DNA from: Sulfurimonadaceae bacterium
GTDB taxonomy: Bacteria > Campylobacterota > Campylobacteria > Campylobacterales > Sulfurimonadaceae
NCBI GenBank assembly: GCA_041548245.1
Contig: JBFESZ010000050.1
Location: forward strand, 1-13,898
Direction: 5' to 3'
DNA: 13,898 bases
Made by a program: the position numbers and the translations under genes. Shown here one piece after another: positions 1-7,300 of the stretch; the first letter of the stretch is position 1; every line of letters begins with the position of its first letter. The notes below the pieces were generated by a model. The model had not been told where the DNA came from. It searched no databases and saw nothing but the letters and a program-made list of their open reading frames with translations.

Positions 1-1464
1 CTCCTGTTTTTATTTTCCCTGCCTATCGTCGTACTTCTATTTCTTACCTTCCCGAGAATATCCTATAAAAAAGCCCGTTTCGGATTTGCAGCTGAAGAGA
101 TCAAGCGAACGGGCCATGATGGGACCATGCATCTTGATTCAAATGCCATGCTTGTACCCTCACCTAAACTGGTTATGGAAGTTACATTTGAAGAGCAAGT
201 TCCCTCTGATCATGCACTCTATTTTCGAGGTTCAGTCCTTTATACGGACATGGGTACACGCTGGGTACAGGAGGGAAGCATCTATGCCAAACGAACCATG
301 CCACTTGATGTGCAGAACGTCATAAACTACAAAATCAAACTCTATCCGCACAATCAACTGTGGCTCTATATGCTAGATATTCCCCTGATGCAACCTCTTA
401 AAAGTACGATTGATAAAGACTTTATCACACGAAGCCAAGAATTGGTCAAAGAGACTCTGTATTACGAAGGACGTTCGGCCTTAAACTACACACTTCCCCA
501 AGAAGACCAAAAAATTCTCTATAAAGCCCTTCAATTCGATAGAAATAGAGACCCTAAAACCTACAAAGCACTCAGAGATGCCATAGACATCAATGCCGAT
601 AGTCTAAGCAAAGCGAATGCGCTACTAAACTTCTTCTCCGAGTTAGAACTTTCTTATTCACTAAAACCTAAAAAAATAGACCTGGCACACCCTGTTGATT
701 CCTTTCTTTACGACTCCAAGATCGGTTACTGTGTCCATTTTGCTTCATCCTTTGCAACAAGTGCCCGTATGATAGGTATACCGGCAAGAGTCGTTACAGG
801 ATATAAAGCGGACCGTTCCAATGCGATTAACAATTATCTTCTTGTAAAAGAGGCGGATGCACATGCCTGGGTTGAGTTGTATATACAAGGTCAAGGATGG
901 CAAAGGTTTGAACCTACATCCACGGCGCGGCGTGTCCTTGCACCCGAGAATCCTCAACTATCCAATACCTATACGAATGCATCATTGCAACTTACTAGCA
1001 TACAAAAGCTCTTCAGACAAATCAATATCTACTATATGTATACCCGATACATCTTAAACAACTGGGTCCTGCAATACAGCCGTATGAAACAAAACGCATT
1101 GCTGCATAAACTACTCAACAACACACTGTTTCTATTCAAGTTCCTTGCCTCTCTTGCTGCCTTAATCCTGCTGAGTATCATCGCCTTTGTTCTGCTTCAG
1201 CGCAAAAGGTGCGATGACCCGGTATTGTGCGAGATGAAAAAACTTGTTAAAGTGTTGAAAAAAGAAGGCATTCGAAGAGAACGTGGCGAGACGATGTTCG
1301 ACTTTTTACAAAGAGCAGGCATTAACGGAGCTCATACAGATGAGATTTCAGAGATAAACACTCTGTATCATCTGTGCAGATACTCCCGGAGAGAAGACGA
1401 TAGCCTTCTCATACGGCTACGTCGTAGTATTCTTGCGCTGAAAAAGTCTCTTAAGAACGGCTAG
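1..1464 (+). CDS. Transglutaminase-like domain membrane protein, TgpA/DUF3488 type (5' end lies outside the window)
   Basis: Frame +1 is open from base 1 (LLFLFSLPIVVLLFLTFPR...TGHDGTM), so the ORF-track start at 127 is internal. Transglutaminase-like core motifs: GYCVHFA (Cys codon 730-732), GIPARVVTGY, AHAWVE (His codon 862-864), RFEPT (Glu codon 910-912). C-terminal hydrophobic helix FLASLAALILLSIIAFVLL. Stop at 1462-1464. Confidence 0.9.
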   Translation, partial: LLFLFSLPIVVLLFLTFPRISYKKARFGFAAEEIKRTGHDGTMHLDSNAMLVPSPKLVMEVTFEEQVPSDHALYFRGSVLYTDMGTRWVQEGSIYAKRTMPLDVQNVINYKIKLYPHNQLWLYMLDIPLMQPLKSTIDKDFITRSQELVKETLYYEGRSALNYTLPQEDQKILYKALQFDRNRDPKTYKALRDAIDINADSLSKANALLNFFSELELSYSLKPKKIDLAHPVDSFLYDSKIGYCVHFASSFATSARMIGIPARVVTGYKADRSNAINNYLLVKEADAHAWVELYIQGQGWQRFEPTSTARRVLAPENPQLSNTYTNASLQLTSIQKLFRQINIYYMYTRYILNNWVLQYSRMKQNALLHKLLNNTLFLFKFLASLAALILLSIIAFVLLQRKRCDDPVLCEMKKLVKVLKKEGIRRERGETMFDFLQRAGINGAHTDEISEINTLYHLCRYSRREDDSLLIRLRRSILALKKSLKNG

Positions 1465-2017
1465 TCACTTCAACGATATGAAAACCGAACTGTGTCTTGA
1501 CGATATGCAGTGTGTTTAGCTCTGCATTAAAACAGACCTCATCAAATTCCGGAACCATCTGTCCTTGTGTAAACTGACCCAAATCACCACCGCTGCTTTT
1601 TGAAGGACAAGCCGAGTTCTCCATCGCGACCTGAGCAAAATCGGCTCCCGCTTCGATCTGGGATCTTAACTCCAGACATTTCTCTTCACTGTCAACTAGA
1701 ATATGACGTGCACTTGCTGTTTGAACGACCGGTTCTTCTACTTCTTCGCGGCTTGTCACCTCAACGATATGGTAACCAAACTGCGTTTTTACGATATGCA
1801 GGACGTTTATTTCATCATTAAAACAGACCTTGTCAAATTCCGGAACCATCTGTCCTTGTGTAAACTGACCCAAATCACCACCGCTGCTTTTTGAAGGACA
1901 AGCCGAGTTCTCCATCGCGACCTGAGCAAAATCGGCTCCCGCTTCGATCTGTGATCTTAACTCCAGACATTTGTCTTCATTATCTACTAATATGTGGCGT
2001 GCACTTGCAATTATCAT
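1451..2017 (-). CDS. ppiC: Peptidyl-prolyl cis-trans isomerase, parvulin family, with two tandem PpiC domains (about 188 aa, no signal peptide)
   Basis: Each domain has ASARHILV, FAQVA..NSACPS, GGDLG.F, MVPEF and TQFG(Y/F)HIV. ATG at 2017 is preceded by AGGAGAG (2021-2027, minus strand), so it is preferred over the ORF-track start at 2053. Confidence 0.93.
   Translation of the reverse strand: MIIASARHILVDNEDKCLELRSQIEAGADFAQVAMENSACPSKSSGGDLGQFTQGQMVPEFDKVCFNDEINVLHIVKTQFGYHIVEVTSREEVEEPVVQTASARHILVDSEEKCLELRSQIEAGADFAQVAMENSACPSKSSGGDLGQFTQGQMVPEFDEVCFNAELNTLHIVKTQFGFHIVEVTSRS
1458..2008. repeat. Intragenic direct repeat with 291-bp period (copies at about 1458-1717 and 1749-2008)
   Basis: Manual alignment: 1542-1660 is identical to 1833-1951 (119 bp), and 1542-1681 vs 1833-1972 has one mismatch. 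The flanks are about 80% identical. Confidence 0.97.
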
Positions 2018-2070
2018 AATCTCTCCTGAATCGTATTTTATGAAATCGTACACTAAACCTCTTTACAAAT

Positions 2071-2079
2071 TGGTATAAT
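2071..2079 (+). promoter_or_regulatory. Extended -10 promoter element (TGgTATAAT) for the gene at 2109
   Basis: Exact TGnTATAAT match ending 29 nt before the ATG at 2109, in the divergent intergenic region. Confidence 0.7.
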
Positions 2080-2108
2080 ACAGGACAAATAAACTACAAA
2101 AGAAGAAA

Positions 2109-2633
2109 ATGAGCCTTATTTCAAGTATCAAACAACCCATCAAAAAGTTCACACAGAGTAAGATTCTTCCCTTCACGTTTAAAGTATCTGAACAACCCAT
2201 GCTCTTTAAAGAGCTTATGCATGCCAATATGATCTATAACGACGGCATGAATCTTGAGTACAACATGAAAGGATTCAGGGTTCGTCTGGGACGTATCTAT
2301 TTTGTTTTCTTTCTCCTATGGTTATCGCTTTTGACCCCACCATCATTGATCTTTCATACACTGCTTGCCAAGATAGACTGCCATGCTTTGATACTCTCAT
2401 CCATAGTCTTTACCGTACTCTTCTTTTCGACCTTCGCTCTGTTTAAGACATGGCTGATAGAATTGATCTCCAAACAGATCATCACCCAAGCCTGGAAAAA
2501 CCATTTTCCGCACTTTGATTATGAAAAGAACTCCAAGAAGGTATCAAAGTTCTACGCTCAAGCCATCGAAAGCGGGGTTACCAATAAAGACCTGCAACTG
2601 CACATCATCACAAAGATGGTCAGCGAAGAATAA
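2109..2633 (+). CDS. Hypothetical membrane protein, 174 aa, two predicted central transmembrane helices
   Basis: The ORF fills the gap between neighbours and has its own promoter. Hydrophobic segments IYFVFFLLWLSLLTPPSLIF and ALILSSIVFTVLFFSTFALF. No family confidently recognised. Confidence 0.8.
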   Translation: MSLISSIKQPIKKFTQSKILPFTFKVSEQPMLFKELMHANMIYNDGMNLEYNMKGFRVRLGRIYFVFFLLWLSLLTPPSLIFHTLLAKIDCHALILSSIVFTVLFFSTFALFKTWLIELISKQIITQAWKNHFPHFDYEKNSKKVSKFYAQAIESGVTNKDLQLHIITKMVSEE

Positions 2634-2648
2634 GCCACCGGCTTTATT
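2629..2648. terminator. Possible weak hairpin between convergent genes
   Basis: AATAAGCC-ACC-GGCTT(T)ATT: a 5-bp core stem extendable with one bulge, over the stop of the 2109 gene. The loop is short and the U-tract poor. Confidence 0.25.
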
Positions 2649-2692
2649 GATCATCTGACTTATCACATGATATATATGCTCGTTATGTAGCC

Positions 2693-4873
2693 TCATACTT
2701 TAGGATGCTTCTTGTCGTTCACAAGTCTATTGATGAAGTTTCCAACAGATTTAAAGACCTTCTTATTTCCCTTGCCTGCAATCATGACATGTCTGGAAAA
2801 ATCGAACATTTCAAGAGCTTTATCCCCTGAACTGATACTCTGCAGTATTTTATCTGCACTTTCAGGCTTGACGACAGGGTCTTTGTCTGCTTGAAGTATT
2901 AAAGTCGGTGTCGTGATTATTGGCAGGATAGACCGGCACTCTTCCATCAATTGGCGCAGCTGCTCAAGGGATTTGATATAGTTTCTCTCATAATTAAACT
3001 CCGGAAACTCGGCTTCAGTGTCAATATATTCCATACCTGCATGAAATATCGATAAAAAATCATTCATCTTGCTAAGCGATGGTACAAAGTATTTGACTCG
3101 TATATCTTGAAGCTCAAGTGCAGCATTAATGACGACAAGTCCGTCTACCTTATTCGACTTTCTTGCAGTGGCCAGCATCGCCAACAAGCCACCTGTTGAA
3201 AAACCAATAAGACAGAGTCTCTTACTCACCTGACGCATAGCGGCAAAACCTCGGTTAAAACTGTCATACCACTCTTCCCAGGTTCTATCTCGTAGGTCCT
3301 CACTCACTGTCCCATGGCCTTCAAGTCTTACGGCATACACGTTTATACCTCGTTCATGCAAGTAGTTTGCCAACTCTTTTACTTCAGAAGGAGATGACCT
3401 GTAACCATGAGATATGACTACACCTGTAGTAAAGACCGGATTATACAGGACAAAAGGCCTACCTGTCTCTTTGGGTTTAGACAGATGTACGGAATAAAAC
3501 CGATTATAGTTTTTTACATAGTGTTTGTAATCTCTGTCATAGATAACTTTGAAGACCTCTTCCTTGACCCTGGTTGAACTTTCACATAAATTATCTTTGA
3601 TACTGCATAGATTATCATGCACACTTTTAGACACTTCGGGAAACAGTGCGATCTCATTCAAGATCACACGAAGCGTATTTTTAACCCGGATGGAATGAAA
3701 GGTATGCTCATCTGCAAACACGTCCCTGTTAATAAGATAAAAATCCTCTTCGACTTTCGACAATACTTTTTGCTCTAACGCCAAAGTAAGACTACTGTCG
3801 TACCAAGGGTCACACTCATCCGTAAGCAATTTAAACAACTCTTCCGTAATACTGTGATGAAGATTGAACTTATTAAGCTGTCCTACATCTCTGGCGGCTA
3901 AAAAAATCGCCCGTTTAAGCTCATTGGAGTCTATATGGTCTTCACCGTAATGCTCCAAAGCCAGGGCAAAGATATGATCAAAATTGATCAGAACATTTTT
4001 ATACACTGCTGCCATAAACTGTGTTGTCAAATCATGACGACAGGTGTTGATTATATCTTCACCTTCGAAAGGCTCACACTCTTCCTTTCTTGTCTCTTTT
4101 GCCTCATACAGGTACTTATAAATATCGATGGGCTTATCAAAAAAGATGTGAATTTCGGAGTTAAGCAATATATTTCCCTCAATTTCAAGTTCTTCTTTAA
4201 TACGCTCATCAATCTTGTCGACAAACCTTTCACCAATACTCATAAGAGGATTCATTCCCGGACGGATAGGCACATAGGTGATATTGATTGGAACCACCAC
4301 CGTATTTTTATAGGCGACACGCTCATCCGGGTTTATAAAATATGTTTCTCGCATCTGACGGACCTTTATGACATCACCCGCCTGTTGCGCTTCTTTGTAC
4401 TCCTGTTTAAGCAGTTCGGACTTCATCGCCAATACGGCTGAGCCTGTATGCATCTTCTCTGTTCCATCCAAAAAGTCTAGTATAAACTCTTTGTTACGAA
4501 TGATCTTTTTATTTTTGACCATCGCACCTTCAGGGTAGATCATCCAATTCTTACGACCTGTCATCAAATCACCCAGTATAATTTCGTCCCGGTGTTTATG
4601 CTGCGTAGAGAGTGTTCCTAATTTGTTTAAAAAACTTCCAAAATATCCGACAAAGATCGAATGATCAGCAAGAGAACGCACTGCCATTTGTGAATGCGAA
4701 GAGATAACATAGGGCATCACAAAAGTCTCAAAACGCGTAAAATGATTAGCGACAAAAAGTGTAGGAGAATCATGTAAAAGGTTTTCTTCACCGTGTACAT
4801 GGATATTCGTCTCAAGAATGGATTCAACCAGACTCATTAAATACGTAGTTGAACTGTAAAATATATTCTCCAT
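2693..4873 (-). CDS. Fusion protein: N-terminal PlsC-like glycerolipid acyltransferase domain plus C-terminal alpha/beta-hydrolase (carboxylesterase/monoacylglycerol-lipase-like), 726 aa
   Basis: N-terminal blocks FVANHFTRFE (H44, E49), IYPEG (about aa 112-116) and VVPINITY. C-terminal SHGY (H489), RLEGHG, GFSTGG nucleophile elbow (S559), DPVV (D665) and RHV (H695). RBS AAGGGA lies in the 19-nt gap after fadE. Confidence 0.87.
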   Translation of the reverse strand: MENIFYSSTTYLMSLVESILETNIHVHGEENLLHDSPTLFVANHFTRFETFVMPYVISSHSQMAVRSLADHSIFVGYFGSFLNKLGTLSTQHKHRDEIILGDLMTGRKNWMIYPEGAMVKNKKIIRNKEFILDFLDGTEKMHTGSAVLAMKSELLKQEYKEAQQAGDVIKVRQMRETYFINPDERVAYKNTVVVPINITYVPIRPGMNPLMSIGERFVDKIDERIKEELEIEGNILLNSEIHIFFDKPIDIYKYLYEAKETRKEECEPFEGEDIINTCRHDLTTQFMAAVYKNVLINFDHIFALALEHYGEDHIDSNELKRAIFLAARDVGQLNKFNLHHSITEELFKLLTDECDPWYDSSLTLALEQKVLSKVEEDFYLINRDVFADEHTFHSIRVKNTLRVILNEIALFPEVSKSVHDNLCSIKDNLCESSTRVKEEVFKVIYDRDYKHYVKNYNRFYSVHLSKPKETGRPFVLYNPVFTTGVVISHGYRSSPSEVKELANYLHERGINVYAVRLEGHGTVSEDLRDRTWEEWYDSFNRGFAAMRQVSKRLCLIGFSTGGLLAMLATARKSNKVDGLVVINAALELQDIRVKYFVPSLSKMNDFLSIFHAGMEYIDTEAEFPEFNYERNYIKSLEQLRQLMEECRSILPIITTPTLILQADKDPVVKPESADKILQSISSGDKALEMFDFSRHVMIAGKGNKKVFKSVGNFINRLVNDKKHPKV

Positions 4874-4892
4874 TACTTCCCTTGATCAGACC

Positions 4893-7289
4893 CTAGTTTC
4901 TTTCTGCATAATCTTTCACGGAGAACTCATCAACCATTATAGTCTCTTCTCTTATCCGCCTGGCTTCTTTCATCAGTGCATGCTCTTCCTCATTGATAAG
5001 ACCTGAGTCAAGTGCATTCTTATAAAGATCGCCTTCTTTACTGAGTTTTCTTGCTTTAAGCTCTTTTTTTACCTTAGTTGCGATGATGTCCGCCTTCCTT
5101 GATAATTGAAAGGCATGTTCAAGTCTGCCTAGCGCCGAGTTATCGTCTTTGGGAATATATATCCCCTCTGTAAGTTTTTCCCTATCTGCATTATCGAAGA
5201 GTATTTTGTGTGCCAACTCTTTTGAATAAAGATCACTTGGTGCTTTGGAAAATGCATTAAGGCGCACATAAAAAGCCACTGGATAAGCGAACAATAACCC
5301 GACTATGGATCGGTCAATGTTATTGCTAATCTCTTCAAAGGCATTTTGTATCTCATACAGAGCATAATCTCCTATCCATTTGACATACACTTTATCTTCT
5401 GCTCTTTCGCCTTCATCTTCATAACGTTTCAATGTAGCGCTTAAAAGATACATCCAAGACAAAATGTCACCAAAACGTGCTGTGACCTTCTCTTTTTGTT
5501 TGAGATTGCCACCGTAATACCCCATGACAAAATCTGTAAGGAAAGCGAAAGTAGCAGAGCTCCAGACTAATTTTCGCTCATACTTCGCAATCAGGGATGA
5601 ACGTGATGAAAAATGCAAATGACCACGGCTAAAACTCAGCAAAATCATACGGACCATATTGCGTAACGTAAAACCGATATGTTTAAAGAAGTTCTCATCA
5701 AAATCTTTCACATTCCCCTTTTCAAGAGCTTCTATCTCCTTATAGGCATAAGGATGGCAACGAATAACGCCCTGTCCGAATTGGATAAGCGTACGTGTCA
5801 TGATATTCGCACCCTCGACCGTAATTGCCACTGGCGCACTGAAGTAGGCATGTCCCAATAGGTTCTTTGGTCCAAGTGAGATTGCAGCCCCGCCCAAGAT
5901 ATCCATGGATTTATTGATGATCTCTCTGAATTTCTCTGTGGAGTGATACTTCATGACTGCATTGATTACAGCCGGTTTTTTCCCCTCGTCAATGGCACCA
6001 ATAGTAAACTTTCGTGAAGCATCCATCATATAGGTAAATGCTGCGATCTTTGCCAGTTCAGTCTCAATGCCTTCAAACTTTCCGATAGATATTCCAAACT
6101 GTTCACGCACTTCTGCATAGGCTCCTGCAACACGGGCACAAAGTTTTGCTCCGCCTGTGCTTGTCGATGGCAGAGAAATACCTCGTCCGACAGCCAAGGA
6201 CTCCATCAACATCATCCAACCTTTGCCAATACCTTTCTCACCGCCGATAATATCATCAATACCTATCTCGACGTCTTTACCACTGATCGGCGAGTTGATA
6301 AATGGTACGCTTAACGGATCATGGCGACGCCCTTGAACTACACCTTTACTCTTAGCATCGACCAAGGCACAACAGATTCCAAGGTCTACACCCCTTCCCA
6401 GAACCTCTTCAGGGTCTTTAAGAATAAAAGCCAGACCTATCACCGTAGCGATTGATCCCAGTGTGATATAACGTTTGTCAAACTGAAGACGAATTTTGAC
6501 ATTTCCAGACTCATCTTTAAAAACCTCTCCGTAAGAGCGTATAGATGTCGCATCTGATCCGGCATGTGGTTCAGTCAATGCAAAACAGGGAATATCCGTT
6601 CCATCGGCCAAACGTGGAAGATAATGTTCTTTCTGCTTTGTCGTACCATAATGCATAAGCAGTTCTGCCGGTCCAAGAGAGTTTGGTACCATTGTCGTAA
6701 TAGCCAAGACCTGTGAACGTGATGCCATTTTTTGTATGACTGCACTATGCCCGAGTGCTGAAAATCCCAAACCACCATACGATTTTGGAATAATCATCCC
6801 GAAGAACTTATTCTCTTTAAGGTATCGCCACACCTCTTCAGAAAGATCGCGCTCCTTAAAGACAGCCCAGTCATCCGTCATTTCACAAACGGTATCGACC
6901 TCATTTTCCAAGAACTCTTTTTCCTCTTGAGAGAGTGAAGGATAGTTCTCTTTGAATATACTGTCAAAGTCTGGTTTTCCACTGAAAAACTCACCGTCAA
7001 CCCATATTGTTCCGGCACGTAATGCCGTCTTTTCTGTCTCTGATATTCGAGGCATCAGGTGTAACCTGTTAACCAGACTTACCAGATGGCGACTAATGAG
7101 CTCCTGACGGATACTTGGCGTCAACAGTATGATATTGACAGGTATATATATCATCCAAAAAAGCATCCCCGGTTCACACCCGAAAAAGATAGTTGCCGCT
7201 AAAACTGCAGCCCAATAGACTGCCTTTGCTCCACGATACCATAAGGTTATTAAAACCAGTAATAGAGCGATTGTTATATATTCCATCAT
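4893..7289 (-). CDS. fadE: Acyl-CoA dehydrogenase, long FadE type with N-terminal membrane anchor, 798 aa
   Basis: MPRISETEKTALRAGTIW, VPNSLGPAELL, CFALTEPHAGSDA, KRYITL, GRGISLP, REQFG, catalytic ITVEGANIMTR and C-terminal IMVDEF. Hydrophobic N-terminus; RBS GGGAG. Confidence 0.95.
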   Translation of the reverse strand: MMEYITIALLLVLITLWYRGAKAVYWAAVLAATIFFGCEPGMLFWMIYIPVNIILLTPSIRQELISRHLVSLVNRLHLMPRISETEKTALRAGTIWVDGEFFSGKPDFDSIFKENYPSLSQEEKEFLENEVDTVCEMTDDWAVFKERDLSEEVWRYLKENKFFGMIIPKSYGGLGFSALGHSAVIQKMASRSQVLAITTMVPNSLGPAELLMHYGTTKQKEHYLPRLADGTDIPCFALTEPHAGSDATSIRSYGEVFKDESGNVKIRLQFDKRYITLGSIATVIGLAFILKDPEEVLGRGVDLGICCALVDAKSKGVVQGRRHDPLSVPFINSPISGKDVEIGIDDIIGGEKGIGKGWMMLMESLAVGRGISLPSTSTGGAKLCARVAGAYAEVREQFGISIGKFEGIETELAKIAAFTYMMDASRKFTIGAIDEGKKPAVINAVMKYHSTEKFREIINKSMDILGGAAISLGPKNLLGHAYFSAPVAITVEGANIMTRTLIQFGQGVIRCHPYAYKEIEALEKGNVKDFDENFFKHIGFTLRNMVRMILLSFSRGHLHFSSRSSLIAKYERKLVWSSATFAFLTDFVMGYYGGNLKQKEKVTARFGDILSWMYLLSATLKRYEDEGERAEDKVYVKWIGDYALYEIQNAFEEISNNIDRSIVGLLFAYPVAFYVRLNAFSKAPSDLYSKELAHKILFDNADREKLTEGIYIPKDDNSALGRLEHAFQLSRKADIIATKVKKELKARKLSKEGDLYKNALDSGLINEEEHALMKEARRIREETIMVDEFSVKDYAERN

Positions 7290-7300
7290 ATCTCCCTTTC

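Noticed and set aside
127-129. ATG 127 as start of the transglutaminase-like gene
   Set aside because: The frame is open and encodes a family-typical membrane segment back to base 1; the true start is outside the window.
1458-2008. Direct repeat as CRISPR array, IS ends or a diversity-generating-retroelement template/variable pair
   Set aside because: Only two copies, both in frame within one CDS; mismatches are not adenine-specific and many are synonymous; no cas, transposase or reverse transcriptase gene is in the window.
2018-2053. ORF-track N-terminal extension of the parvulin
   Set aside because: It contains the RBS for ATG 2017, and parvulin homology begins just after that ATG.
2661-2672. 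Short palindrome TATCA-CA-TGATA between convergent genes
   Set aside because: A 5-bp AT-rich arm downstream of both genes; expected by chance.
3935-4441. 168-aa plus-strand ORF
   Set aside because: Entirely antisense to the acyltransferase-hydrolase gene, with no motif; a typical shadow ORF.
2693-4873. Fusion protein as PHA synthase or wax-ester synthase
   Set aside because: The nucleophile elbow has Ser rather than the PhaC Cys lipase box, and no HHxxxDG WS/DGAT motif was seen.
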